Shown here one piece after another: positions 23,231 through 36,397 of a stretch of DNA of 64,000 nucleotides. The position numbers and the translations under genes are program-made. The notes under the pieces were generated by a model that was not told where the DNA came from, searched no databases, and worked only from the letters and a program-made list of their open reading frames with translations. The stretch's first letter is position 1, and the number at the start of each line of letters is the position of its first letter. Origin of the DNA: Dipteris shenzhenensis (Eukaryota); NCBI GenBank assembly GCA_047967505.1, contig CM106538.1; one strand, written 5' to 3'.

Positions 23231-24409
23231 AACATCTCTATGTATGCTCTAGATCTCTCTTTTTAAGTCAAGGTACTCAGCCTAGATAGTCCTCCAAAAT
23301 GAATGAAATAAATTATTGTGTTTTGTGTGTTTTGTAAACACCTCTGGTCACCTTATGATGTAGGCCATGTGTATGTTTTGCTCCATGGTACCTCCTACAG
23401 ACATTGTGTGCATGTACATGCAGGGGAGATAACCATTGGAAGGTCTTTTTGGATCCCTTTTGTTTACCTTACACCCAAGGGAACCCTTGCTAGCATGAGA
23501 ACCTAGCCATAGATTTATCCTTGACCACCATGAGATGGCATGAGAAACTATGAGACTAGATGTTGTTGAGATATTAAGCTCTACCCCCGATATATCTCCT
23601 GGATGACTATCATTTATGTCACCGCCTATGTTAGTTGTACTCGTGGTGTAGTTAGACTACCACGTATGTTTTTGGTTTGGGTTCACATATGAACCACGTA
23701 TTCTAGGGTTTGACATATAGGGTATTTCCCTCTTCTATTGTATTGTTGTTGTGTGCAAAAGTGAAGAAAGGCTTCACCCTCCAACCTTGTGTCCTCTCTC
23801 TTTTGTGTGTTGTGAAGAAAGCTGCACTTGAGTCTCCTATCTCTCTCCCTTATTCTTTACATGGTATCAGAGCCTTGTTTGTGGTAAGGAGCTCAAGAAA
23901 GCAAGCCAAGCTTGTGATGTCCTGGTAAGAGGACCAGTGTTGCTTTCCTATTTCGAGTTTGGGAGCAAATCTCTGCAGGTAGCACAGCCAAAAGTGCAGG
24001 AGTGCACTGTTTCAGATTGAGAGGCCCTTCACGGTGTGGCGAGAGCGCAGTATATTTTTTTGATTTGAGGCCGTTTCGGGGCCCGTTTTGAAGGCAGAAG
24101 TTATTCACAAGCACTCAGAAAAAGGCCCTGTTTTTTGCTGTGCGACCACTGCGCGGCTAGTCGGTGGAAAGGTGCCACAGAAATTGCATCGTATGCCTGT
24201 GTGCAGAGATATTGGGAGTTGCAGATTCATGCCTGTTGCCTGTTGATGCAAAATCGTCACTAGGAAGTGACTGTGTGGTGAAATACCACTTTCGTCAGTG
24301 TTGCAGATCTGCCCCTGTGAGGCTGTTTGTAGAAGTTTTGCTATTTTCCCTTGTGAGGCATTTGCTGTGTTTACAGGTTGTATTGCAATTCGTGATTTGT
24401 AAAATCTCT

Positions 24410-26985
24410 GAGAATCTGTCTACCATTGTCAGTGAGAAGCTTGACAAGAACAACTTCCAAGCATGGAAGTTCAGGATGACAAACTTCCTTATGGGAAAGG
24501 GAGTTTGGGATTACATCAGTGGTGAAACTGTAGAACCAGTTTTGGGTGCTGCTCCCACTCCTGCTCAATTGAAGGCCTTTAAAGAATGGCATGAAAAAGC
24601 TAGAAAATGCTTGTATTGGCTATCTGTTAGCATTTCAGATTCTATGATTGTGCATATACAGGATGTAGAGATGCCTAAGGAGGCATGGGATACATTGGTG
24701 AAGCTGTATAGCACAAATACCAAAGCACGAAAGATGCAGCTAAAGCAGGAGTTGCACAATGTGCAAAGGAAAAATCTGAATATAAATGAGTATTCCTTGA
24801 AGGTGAAAGGCCTTGCAGATTCTCTTGCCTCCATTGGAGCACCTGTTGATGATGAGGACTTAGTGTCCGTGACCTTGAATGGTCTTGGGAAAGATTATGC
24901 ACAGTTTCGGACATCCATTGGAGTCCGTGAAACATTTCCTGATTTTTAGGAACTTATTGCTCTCTTACTGAGTGAAGAGCAAAGGAATGGTGGTTCAGCC
25001 ACCTCAACTTCTCAAGAGACTGCTTTCTACTCAAATACAGGTAGAGGCAGGGGTAGAGGAAGAGGCCGTTTTGGTGGCCGTGCAGGAAATCAGAACCAAC
25101 AGCAGCAACAGGAAAACCAGTCCTATGGAGGAGGACGTGGTAGTTCTAGAGGCAGGGGGAGCCAAAGAGGCCGTGGTTCATGGCAAAGGAACCAGCAAGT
25201 AAATAGCAGCACAGAATGCTATTATTGTGGAAAGCCTAGACACAAGGAGAATACATGCTATAAAAAGCAGAATGACATCAAAAGTGGGAAGTTGCAGCAA
25301 AGCAACTATGCATCATCAAGTGGGCATGGTGACGACAGAAATGAGCACCTTTTTGTGATGCAGCATATGGTTAACTCCATGTCAGGAGATGCTGCAGCTT
25401 GCAATGATGTTTGGTATGTTGATTCAGGTGCCTCTAACCACATGACCAGTCATGGTGAGTGGTTTCATGATGTTAGAAATTTGGATCAGCCAGGTTATGT
25501 TGAAACAGGTGATGATACTGTGCACCCAATTATGCAGGTTGGTAAAGTGCCATTGGCTATGCAGGACGGCAAAACGAAGTACTTGGCAGATGTACTTCAT
25601 GTTCCAAAAATCACTAAGAACCTGGTTTTAGTTGGCCAGATGGTTGAGCAAGGTCTGCAGGTTAGATTTAATCCTGACGGATGCTTTGTTGAGGACTTGA
25701 AAAATAAGTGCCGCTTGGTTGCAAAAGGCAACAAAAATGGCAGAATGTTCACCTTAGATGTTGATATGCCTGAGGTGAAAGCTGCTATGTTTGCGCATGG
25801 GAGAGGTGTCATTGCAGATATTGAGATATGGCACAAGCGCATTGGGCACGTGAATATACAAAGGCTGAAATCTATGCAAACAAAAAACATTGTTGCAAGT
25901 TTGCCTAAATTCAGAGTTGAGGGAATGCAAAAGGTATGTGAAGCATGCCAAATGGGTAAGCAGGCTAGACATGCATTTCCCAAAAATGCTAAGGTGAGCA
26001 GAAGACCTTTGGAAGTGATCCATTCAGATGTTTGGACAACCAAAGCTGCTTCTATTGGTGGATGCCATTATTATGTGACGTTTATTGATGACTACACTAG
26101 GAAGGTGTGGATTTATTTTATGAAGCACAAAAGTGAAGTGTTCAGTCATTTCAAGGCTTTTAAGGCCATGGTTGAAAAAGAGAAAGGTGTGCATATTAAA
26201 GTGCTAAGATCTAATGGAGAAGAATTTTGTGAATATCTGAAAGAACAGGGAATTCAAAGGAAGTACTCATGCAGGTCTACCCCTCAGCAGAATGGGGTTG
26301 CCGAAAGGAAGAACAGGCATATTAGAACAGGCATATTGTAGAAGTAGGACGGGCGATCCTAAATGAGAAAAACATGCCTGATTATTTTTGGGCTAAAGCA
26401 GTAGCAACTGCTGTTTATATTATGAACAGAACCCCCACTGCAACTGTCCATGGCATGACGCCTGAAGAAATGTATACAGGCCAAAAACCAGATATTTCTC
26501 ACTTGAAGGTATTTGGTTGCATAGCTTATGTTCATGTTCCTGATGAGAAGAGAACAAAGCTGGATCCAAACGCAGAAAAATGCATCTTTATTGGATATGC
26601 TCTGCACCAGAAAGGGTATCGTTGTTATAACCCTTCCGCCCGCAAAATGCAAGTGAGTAGAGATGTTGTTTTTGATGAAATGAGCAGCTGGCATGCACCA
26701 ACTGTTATGGTAGGAGATGCAGATGCAGGAAATGGGAATGCTGCAATAAATGCAGAGCAGCAATCTCAAGCCTTGAGTGGACCCAGAGAGTCCTCTACTA
26801 GTGGATCTAATGCATGGACAGGGAGATTGAGATCTAGTGAATCGTCACATGGCAGTCCTGATAGTGTTGTGCAGGTATCACATAAGGGAAAAGAAAAAGT
26901 GGACCATGCTCTAGTGTTTGATGTGTCTGCTGGTAGCTCTCATGTTGATGGAGAGTCAAGTGGCTCTGAAATGAGCCTTGATGAG
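24410..26985 (+). pseudogene. Copia D gag-protease-integrase (stops and frameshifts)
   Basis: EKLDKNNFQAWKFRM, WYVDSGASNHM, WHKRIGH, IHSDVW, QQNGVAERKNR. Confidence 0.9.
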
Positions 26986-28454
26986 TGTTGGCTCTTTCCT
27001 ACTGCTTTCGTAGGAAGAGTGGGTATTCTATGTTGCAGGGTTCCGAGGCTTTTTGTCACCTACAGATATATTGGGTTTGTCGTTGTAGTATATGTGTAGC
27101 TTAGGACCTCGAGTCGTGTTCCGGTGAGAGACGTAGGCTTAAGTGTGGTGAGTAAACAAAATACAAGCATGTGTAAAAGGCACGTAAACCATTGTTGTTG
27201 GGGTAATGAAGGCTTTCGCCTTCATTGGGGGTTGTATGGTTTAGGAGGAGTTTAAGGGTTCAGAAGGAGGTTCCAGGGTTTAGAAAGAGTTCAAGGGTTC
27301 AGAAGGAGGATCCAGGGTTTAGAAAGAGTTCAGGGTTAGAAAGAGTTCCAGGGTTTAGAAGGAGGTTCCAAGGTTTAGAAGGAGTCCAGGGTTAGAAGGA
27401 GGGTCCAAGGTTCAGAGTAGAGTACATGGTGGAGAACTCGTCTCCCTCGTAGATCATGGAGTTTAAGGGTTTAGGAAAGCATAGGAGTGGGAGAGGAAGA
27501 AGGTGTAAGAGCATGGGTGAAGGAAGAGAGAGAGGAGGAAGGAGGAGGAGGGAAGAGGAGGAGGGAGAGGGAGGAGAGAGGAGGAGGAGGAGGAGGAGGA
27601 GGAGGAGGAGGGAGCAGGAGGAGGAGGAGGAGGGAGAAGGAGGGAGGAGGAGAGGGAGAGGGTGGGTTGCAGGGTTGGAGGAGAGGGGAGAAGGGTTGCA
27701 AGGTTAGGACATGCTTTTGGACGTGCAGTGCAAGGAAGCATGGACACTTGAGACAAATGCTTGGAATACCAATGTAGACTCAACACAATGCCCCAAGAGT
27801 GTGGGCTTCATTCCATTATGGGGTATTTATACAAGTTGGAGAGCTTCTCTCTCTGCATGTAACACAAAGTCGTATCACAAAGTTGTAACACAAAGTTGTA
27901 TCAAAGTTGTAACACAAAGTTGTGTCACAAAGTCATAACACATTCTCTCTCTTCTTGTAGAAGTTGTGACACAAACTTGTAACACAAAGTTGTTACACAA
28001 AGTCGTAACATAAAGTTGTGTCTAGAAGTTGTAACACAAAGTTATAACACAAAGTTGTGTCACAAAGTTGTATCACAAAGTTGTGTCACAAAGTCGTAAC
28101 ACATTCTCTCTCTTCATGTAGAAGTTGTAACACAAACTTGTAACACAAAGTTGTTACACAAAGTCGTAACATAAAGTTGTGTCTAGAAGTTGTAACACAA
28201 AGTTGTAACACAAAGTTGTATCACAAAGTTGTATCACAAAGATGTATCACCTTCTCTTTCTTCATAAGTTCATGTTGGCACAGAGTCAACATACTCCCGG
28301 ATCCATTTTATTACCCATCCTCGGGTTATGGCTTATTTTGATTTCAGAGTTGGGATGCCATGTGCGTAATTCAGTGGCTATTTAGCTTGTGGTATGCGAG
28401 TCGTTCCTGCTGTAATTCTTTTGCACCACACAATTTGTAGTCAATCGTCAAGAA

Positions 28455-28730
28455 ACTTATCTCCTCTTAAGGAGGGGTAGATGACTATGAATGTCAGAGG
28501 GGATCTCGTTGCTGAGGTTGCGGACGCTGCCATCGAATCTTCTTGGGAAGAGGTTTAGCGGGGGTCTCGTTGTGGAGGATTGGTATAAAAGGATGTTGGT
28601 CAAGAAGCTTATCTCCACTTCAGGAGGGGTAGATGACTATGAATGTCAGAGGGGATCTTGTTGCTAAGGTTGCGGACGCTACCATCGAATCTTCTTGGGA
28701 AGAGGTTTGGCGAGGGTCTCGTTGTTGAGG
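28455..28730. repeat. ~150-bp tandem direct repeat (2 copies) in the 3' internal region of C
   Basis: CTTATCTCC...AGGAGGGGTAGATGACTATGAATGTCAGAGGGGATCT occurs twice. Confidence 0.8.
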
Positions 28731-29196
28731 CTGTCATTTCTTGCTATCTTGCATACATGTTGGATGCGATTGCACCCGTAGCATTGAGCTTGTAGATAAT
28801 TAGTATGCAAGTTTGATATTTTTGCATATAGGAGACGGCTGTGATGTTTGACGGGGGTCTCGTTGCGGAGGCTGCAGACTCTGTTGCCAATTTATCTTGA
28901 GTTTTGGCATAGCTTTGTGTACTGCGTGTGAATTCATTGCATGCTTTGAGAGTATGGAATGAAAGTGTGTGATACTATTTTTTATGCAATCTATTATGTG
29001 CCTATGCAAAATCTGAGTGCATGTGATGTGTCTAACTATATGCTTATTTGTGGGATTTGATAGGGAAACTAAGACTCAAACATCCCTAATGTGCAATAAA
29101 CGTGCGTATGCAGTGAGTGTGCGTGTAACAATCTAGTGCAAACTATATGTGCAAAAACGTGCATATGCGAGTGAGTGCTTGTGATACAATCTAATC

Positions 29197-30339
29197 CTAA
29201 CTAAGGAAGACTTGGTTTCCCAAATCTTCATTTTTGTCAGGGATGGCTCGCGTGTTGATGTAGTAGCGCTTCAGTCGGCTCCCGTTTATTGTTGTGTTGA
29301 ATTGGACTCCATCTAGTGTTTCAAGTAGCACAGCTCCAATGGGATTCATCTTTCGTACTCGGTAGGGTCCTTGACCTAGATACTTCATTTTTCCCTTGTG
29401 TACTTTGGCATTGTATAACAGGACTAAGTTGCCTTCCTTGATGTCTTTAGCTTTCAGATTCCTATCAAACCATGCCTTTCTTCGACGTTTTTCTGTTGTC
29501 ATGGCATGATAAGCGACTAGTCTTGTCTCTGTATGCTTTTCCAACTGACAGAGCCTTTCTTTCAAGGACTCATGATCACCCATGCGTTCCTGTATTGCGA
29601 TGCGCAGACTTGGTATTACAAATTCGAGTGGGACCACGGCTTCAAGGCCGTACACCAATTGAAAAGGTGTGTTCCCTGTACTGACCTTGAATGTGGTTCT
29701 ATATGCCCATAAGGCTGCATTCAGTTTCTCTGCCCAATCAGAACGCTGTGGTTCTACTACCTTGGTGAGGATGTTGCATATGATTTTGTTTGTGGATTCT
29801 GCTAGTCCATTCCCTTGGGGGTAGTAGGGTGCGCTTTTTCTATGAATGACCATGAAGCCAGACAAGAGTTCTTGGATTACCTCATTAACAAAATGTGTGC
29901 CTCTATCCGACACAATTTCAATGGGGCATCCGAATCGGGTGATCACATGTTCGTACAAGAATCTTGCTGTGCTTTTGGCATCTGCCTTTCTGACTGCTTT
30001 AGCTTCAGCCCATTTTGTAAAGTAATCAGTGGCCACAATGATGTAGCGTGCCTGTGTTCCTTTTGCTGCTGGATGTATGGGACCCACATAATCAATCCCC
30101 CATTTTTCAAATGGCTGTTGTGCAACAACTGTTGTTAGGGGATTGAAATCTTTGTGTTGTGGTTTAATAGTTCGTTGGCATACATCACAGCCTTTTACAT
30201 ATTCATAGGCATCTGCCCACAGTGTTGGCCACCAGTAGCCTGCGAGGAGAACTTTTCTTGCTGTGGCTTCCCCTTGGAAGTGTCCTCCTGCAATGCCTTC
30301 ATGGACTTCACTCAGGATTGGCAGGATCTCATGAGGCAT
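29197..30339 (-). CDS. Gypsy C integrase
   Basis: HEGIAGGH...CDVCQ, WGIDYVGP, VSDRGTHF, GNGLAESTN, GPY. Confidence 0.92.
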   Translation of the reverse strand: MPHEILPILSEVHEGIAGGHFQGEATARKVLLAGYWWPTLWADAYEYVKGCDVCQRTIKPQHKDFNPLTTVVAQQPFEKWGIDYVGPIHPAAKGTQARYIIVATDYFTKWAEAKAVRKADAKSTARFLYEHVITRFGCPIEIVSDRGTHFVNEVIQELLSGFMVIHRKSAPYYPQGNGLAESTNKIICNILTKVVEPQRSDWAEKLNAALWAYRTTFKVSTGNTPFQLVYGLEAVVPLEFVIPSLRIAIQERMGDHESLKERLCQLEKHTETRLVAYHAMTTEKRRRKAWFDRNLKAKDIKEGNLVLLYNAKVHKGKMKYLGQGPYRVRKMNPIGAVLLETLDGVQFNTTINGSRLKRYYINTRAIPDKNEDLGNQVFLS

Positions 30340-30357
30340 TACACATCTTCTTAATAT

Positions 30358-31917
30358 CTAGTCCTTGCCCATCTTGTATAGTTGTCCTGCAATGAGTTGA
30401 TATGGTGCAGCCTTTAGAATCAATTTTCTGGCATCTACTGCTTTCATGTCAGGGGGTGGTCTTCCTGCCATCAAGTACCAAATGATATCTCCACACCATT
30501 CTGGAACAGCATCTATTTGAAATAGTGTGGCATCTGGTAAGTCATCTTCTACTCCAGTGGCTTCTTCTCCTGTCTTGACTCGAGACATGTGATCGGCAAT
30601 GTAGTGTTGGGCACCTTTGCGGACCACAATTTTGAAGTTGAATTCTTGCAGCAAGAGGAGCCATCTGGTTATTCTTCCTGTGGTACACGGACGGTTCACA
30701 AGATATAGCAATGCTTGATGATCGGTGTAGAAGACAAAATCATTTGCGAGTAGATAGTGCTGAAATTTCTTTACACTGTACACCATTGCTAGGGCTTCTC
30801 TTTCTGTGGTTGTATAGTTGATCTCTGCATCATTGAGTTGTCGACTGGCGAAGTAGACGGGGTAGTCTTTCTTATGTTCACCAGGTTGACAAAGCACACT
30901 CCCAATTGCATACTTGGATCCATCAGTATGAACATGAAAATCAATATCCCAATTGGGAGATAGAAGGATGGGTGCTGTGATTAGGCGCCACTTTAAAAGC
31001 TCAAAGGCTTGGTCGCACTCTTCGGTCCATAAGAACTCCACTAATAATTTGTATAGTGGTCTAGCTATCATGGCATACCGCAATATAAATCTTCTATAAT
31101 AGCCAGCATGTCCCATAAAGACCTGTACACCTTTGGAATTTGTAGGAGGAGGCAATTCCATGATGATTTTGATTTTGTCCATGTCAGTTGCAATCCCATG
31201 TTGAGAGACGATGTGTCCCAAAACAACTCCGTGTGTGACCATGAACTGGCATTTTGTTGGATTTAGGGAGATGCCATACTCCTTGCATTTGATTAGTACT
31301 TCTTCCAGACATTTGAAGTGGTCCTGTTTGGTTGAATGGATGCACAAATCATCCAAGAAGACCTGTAAAAACTTATTCAAAAATGACTTGAAAGCTGTGA
31401 ACATGACTCGCTGGAATGTGGCTGGGGCATTACAAAGGCCGAATGGCATGACTCTATATGCAAAAATACCCCATTCTGTAGCAAATGCGGTTTTTGATTG
31501 GTCTTGAGGAGCAATTTGTACTTGGTTATAGCCACTGAAGCCATCCAAGAAGCTATATATTTCGGATCCTGCCACCTTTTCCAACACTGTTTCTGTTAAG
31601 GGTAGGGGGTAGTGATCCCTAATTGTGGCGGCATTCACATTTTTCAAGTTTACGCATATTCTAAGCTTCTTGTTGCGTTTAGGCACAATGACAATGGGTG
31701 AAACCCAATCAGTGTGCTCTATCTCATAGATGAATCCGGCATCTAGGAGTTTTTCCAGCTCGTCATAAACCATGGTGCCATATTTAGGATTTGTGCGATA
31801 AGGTCCACATACCTTAGGGCGAGCACCTTCCCTTATAGGGATCGTGTGAACTGCCACTTCTGGTGAAATTCCTTTCATCTCTTTGTATGACCATGCTAGG
31901 CAGTCACGGTATTCCAT
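30358..31917 (-). CDS. Gypsy C reverse transcriptase-RNase H (separated from IN by one TAG)
   Basis: LDGFSGYNQV, MPFGLCNAPATFQR, VFLDDL, HTDGSKYAIG, TDHQAL. Confidence 0.93.
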   Translation of the reverse strand: MEYRDCLAWSYKEMKGISPEVAVHTIPIREGARPKVCGPYRTNPKYGTMVYDELEKLLDAGFIYEIEHTDWVSPIVIVPKRNKKLRICVNLKNVNAATIRDHYPLPLTETVLEKVAGSEIYSFLDGFSGYNQVQIAPQDQSKTAFATEWGIFAYRVMPFGLCNAPATFQRVMFTAFKSFLNKFLQVFLDDLCIHSTKQDHFKCLEEVLIKCKEYGISLNPTKCQFMVTHGVVLGHIVSQHGIATDMDKIKIIMELPPPTNSKGVQVFMGHAGYYRRFILRYAMIARPLYKLLVEFLWTEECDQAFELLKWRLITAPILLSPNWDIDFHVHTDGSKYAIGSVLCQPGEHKKDYPVYFASRQLNDAEINYTTTEREALAMVYSVKKFQHYLLANDFVFYTDHQALLYLVNRPCTTGRITRWLLLLQEFNFKIVVRKGAQHYIADHMSRVKTGEEATGVEDDLPDATLFQIDAVPEWCGDIIWYLMAGRPPPDMKAVDARKLILKAAPYQLIAGQLYKMGKD

Positions 31918-31956
31918 TAGGAGGTCTTTGAGTTTGCTTTCATCTTCTTGACGGAG

Positions 31957-34900
31957 CTATTTCCCAATGAAAACCAACTTTTCTTCCTCCCCTTCAAGGG
32001 CGAGGTTTATTGTGCGTGTTTTTGCCGGTCCCTCATAGATTGGAGTTTCTCCAATGCTATCGGTTTCTTGAACTTCAGATTCTCTGATTGGTCTTGGCAT
32101 TGCTATTGGTGCACTGCCACTTGTATAATTCTTAAAGTATTCCGACACTGCTCGAAGATCGGCCTCTGATGCGGTTGAACTAGCCTGAGATGTGTCATGA
32201 GTACTGGGTGGCATAGTTGCATTTAGTAATTTGTTAGGCTCTTCTTTCCTTTCTTTTTCTGAAGTCTCTTATCGAGCTTCATCCGCACATGTGGCTTATA
32301 TTTCCGAAACTTCTTACGTTGGGAACTATGGGGTAACTTTTCCACTGGTAAGGTGTTTCCAAGTAAGGGTTCATGTGTTGCACATACTCCTTCCAGTCCT
32401 TCAGGGGACCATTCAAGAGGTGGTGGTTTTGACTTTGAGGGGACTGCCTTTGCAAGATACAATTCCACAATCCTTGTTTGGACTCGTTCGAATTCATTGA
32501 AGTGCTCGGCCTTGGCTTTTCTGCGATTTCCGCCGGCAGCTTTCTTGCAGGATCTTCTGCTGTTATTCAACTGTGGAGGTTCAACTTTTGGGAGCTCAAC
32601 TGCCATTAGGGCATGCAGAATGGCTAGGTCATTATCAAAGATGTGATCTTCAATTTCAGCATTCGCAGCCTCTGTTTCAAGGTCCCAAGGAAAATCTGAG
32701 TCATTATTGTCATGGGTACCTTCTTCAGGTTCATTATCCCATTCGAGGTCAGCCATAAAGAAAGGCATCTCTAGATCGATTGGTTCTTCATGTGTCGGTG
32801 GAGGATCAACCTAAGATGGGGTTGAATGGCAGTTGTCGATGGTTGCCAATGTTTGTATCCAGTTATTGACATTGCTTTGTGAGTCACCTGCTATGGCATG
32901 CTGTTGCAAGGGATTTGATTTGCTCGAGATTGTCATGGAAGATGTGTCATCCAATGCTCTAGGAACAATTGGTTTAATAACTCCTGTCCCCACATTCACC
33001 CTGACTGCAGTGTCTCGATTCTGGATTGTCAATCTATCCGTTCCCCAGTCATGGAGGACTGATGCTTCCCGTAACCAAGGACGTCCCAGTAAGATTTGAT
33101 AGGATTTTTTGGGGAGATCCAAGATTGTGAATTGAAGGGAAAAGCGGACTCCTGCGATCTTTGTGGACACGCCATTCACTATTCCCAAGGGTTTAGCCCG
33201 TGAATCATCGGCAAGGCGTATGTTGAAATTAGCCTTTTGCATTTGTGGGAGACCCCATTCTTTGTAAAGCTCCTTTGATAGGACATTGACACCTGCTCCA
33301 CCATCCACTATGGCTTGGATTTCATTATATGCTTTGTGGATCAAAGGCACAGTGATGTTGCGTATGTCATCTTTCTCACCCATCCGCACAGGGATATCAT
33401 CAATGTCGTTCATAGGTGGAGGGGGAGTTGCGAGTTCAATCCATCCTTTGAAACTCTCCCAGAGATTGGGACAATTTTGTAAGAGGATTCCGATGGGAAT
33501 GGACACAGGGCAACTCAGGATGCTAGAGAGTGCAGCTCTTTCCAGTTGACGTGGCGGTACATTCTGTTGTGGAGTTTGTTGTTGGAACAAGGGCTCAAGT
33601 ATAGTATCAATACTTTGTGGGGCCAAGTCATGGAGTGGGTCTTGAGCTTGTTTCTGAGTCTCAAATTGAGCTTGTTCATTTTGGACCCATTGCTGAAGTG
33701 CCTGAAAACGAGCCTTCTCCACCTCTGCATTCGGGAATGGAGCTTCTTTTATTCGAGGCTCGGGAGTTGATGTAGATGAACTCGGCTGCTCATTGCTTGG
33801 TGGAGGTGGAGGCACTTGTGCTTTCTTTCTCAGAAGTTGCTTCGGTTGTGGATCGGAATGATAGGGTCCTTCGTGGCCTCTTTCTGTTGGCGTGTAATTA
33901 CATTGATAGGTTGTGACCTTAGACTTGCCGGACCCAAACTTTGATGGTCCACCCCAATGATGCCGATGGGGACGTCAGGCTTAACCTATGTTTGTTCTGG
34001 GACCTTATTTTTCATGGGACAATCCATACAGGCATGTCCTATGCCACAATCTCTGCAGAGCGGTTGGAAAGTGGCTGGGCTACCACGATGAGGGCACTCT
34101 GCAATCCTATGATTTTCTCCACAACCGTAACACTTGATTGGTGCACGAAATGTGTTGGGTCGCACTTGATTTGCATAGACTGGTATCAGACCCTCTACAC
34201 CTTCTACATAGTACACTGGGTACTCTGCTTCATACTCAAATAGTGAGTCTACTTCTTCGGCTTGTAATTGATGTATGGGAACTGCCTGAGGAACTGGATT
34301 TGGTGCTCTTGGATACGGTCGTGGATTCGGATTCCTGAGTAGTTGTGGGACTTGTGTCTGAACGGGAACAGGATTTAGTCTCGGAGCTGGGGGCGCTTGT
34401 GCAAGTGCCGGTTGCCTGTATACTGGCATGGGTGCCGCTTGGTATTGTGGTGGTCGAGGCGGATTGTTGCGCATGTTGAAGATGCAACTGGTCTCATCAT
34501 GGCCGCCGACGACACAGATATGGCACCACAACCGTGGCGGTGGATTTGCTTGTGCAGTGATTCTTGCTCTTAGGACTGGGCATTCATTTGCTGTATGATT
34601 TGCCAAGCAGTGTGGGCACCAGACATTTTCTCGCCGTGGATATGTTTGAGTTGGCGGCTGAGACAAGTGAAGTTTTTGATCCATGGCCTGCATCATATCT
34701 TCTTTCAGCTTCAAGGTCATGGCCTCGAGGCGATCTTCATTGGATGTTTCGGCAGAGTCCTTTGATTTACCTTTTTTCGAGCGCTTATCTCGTGTATTTG
34801 ATCTAGCATCATCACTGCTAGTGTCTGAATCTGTCATGCCATCTTCGATGTCAATGGCTGCCGCATGAGCAGCACTGAATGTTTCATAGCTACTTATCTT

Positions 34901-35568
34901 TTTCATATCCTTGCAGATTTTCTTTCTTAGACCTGCTATGAACCATGCCGTGAGGTACTTTGCATTTGGGCGTGGGTCACATTTGGTGATCAATCTCTTC
35001 ATCTTTCCCAGGTATGTGCGTACACATCTTCCCTCCGGCCTTGTTCGATCTTGCTGAGTTGGAGAGCGGGATCATCTTGTAGCCTCTCCGTTTGAAAGCG
35101 ACGTTTGAATTCGGTTTGAAGTAGGTCCCATGTAGCACGTTCTTCCACAAGAAGGTCGAGGTACCATTCTGACGCCTCATCAGTTAAGACCATTGGAAAC
35201 CAAGCCACCTTAGTTTCATGGGATTGATCACCACCTGCTCGACATGCGGCATCAAAATGTTGGAGGAAGTGAGCAGGGTCTCCCCTACCATTATATTTGG
35301 GAAGTTCCAGTTTTCCCAAGGGGCGTCGGCCGTGATTGTTGTGATTTCGTCGATTGAAGAAGTTGTCAGCCTCAGCATCGAGCTCGATGTCCCCATCATG
35401 CTCAGGACGACGTCCAGCCATGTTGGGGCGTGGAGGAGTTAAAGGAAGTTGTTGAACCTCAGGGGGGGATTCGGGGTAGAGGATTGGCGGGGGCGGTTGT
35501 TGCAGTGGAGTGAGTTGCGGATTGGGTGAGCGTGGGAGTCGAAGTCGTTGGCCGGAACGTAACTGCAT
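31957..35568 (-). pseudogene. Gypsy C gag (several Cys/His knuckles), aspartic protease and long linker; broken by a frameshift and stops
   Basis: LPKYNGRGDP, CYGCGENHRIAEC, AIVDGGAGVN, ILLGRPWL. Confidence 0.88.
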
Positions 35569-36024
35569 GCAGATGTTGCGTGATTTGCCAAGGGGATCGC
35601 TACCCCAAGGGCGGGCATGGAGGTGGTGCCGTTAGGAGCGTTAGAGTGATGTTAGTTTGTGTAGGGACCGTCGTGTTAATAATGTGCCTAGGACTGTCCT
35701 ACGTGTGTAGGGAAATGTGCTGGTGTAGACGGATCGTTAATCGGAGGTCGCGGCGTGAAAATACGAGTGAATTAATGCAAAATGAGGCCCACACGGGGGC
35801 GCGAATGAACGTGTGCTAGGGATGCCGAAATGGTGTGCAATGGGTTGGAAAAATACCCCGTAACGTGGTGTTTCCGTGTGTAAAATCTGGGTTCAAACGG
35901 GGTTCAATTTGGGTCCCAAACGGATGAGTTTCGAGCGGTTAAAGGAGGGGTAAATTTGGCGTTTGGGGGGTCCTCATGGTGGTGTGAATGGACTTTAAGT
36001 CCAACCGAGGGGTTGAAACCAAGT

Positions 36025-36397
36025 GACTCTAGTTAGACTAACTAACCTAGATCCTCCCAGTTATTGTAACTGGGAGGTTTAACTAACTGTAGTTAGATAC
36101 TAACTGAAAAGTTAGTCTAACCTAACTGAGGGCTAACTAAACTAACCTAACTTCAAGTACTACTAACCTAACCTACGTCAACTAATCTAACCGAGGTTAA
36201 CTAACCAGCCTAGTTATCCTAACCTAACCTAACTGTAGGTAGGACTAACTAACCTAGGGTTAATCGACTAACCTAACCGTAGTTAGTAACTAACCGGAGG
36301 TTAGTTTTAGGTTTTTTTTTTTTTTTTTTTTTTTTCGGGGTGGGGGGCTTTGCCGACGGCGGCGCCCGGGGGGGGGGGGTTTCGCAAGGGGGGGTGC
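36025..36397. repeat. Low-complexity leader of C: (CTAAC/CTAA)-type repeats, a poly-T run and G-runs
   Basis: Direct inspection. Confidence 0.75.
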
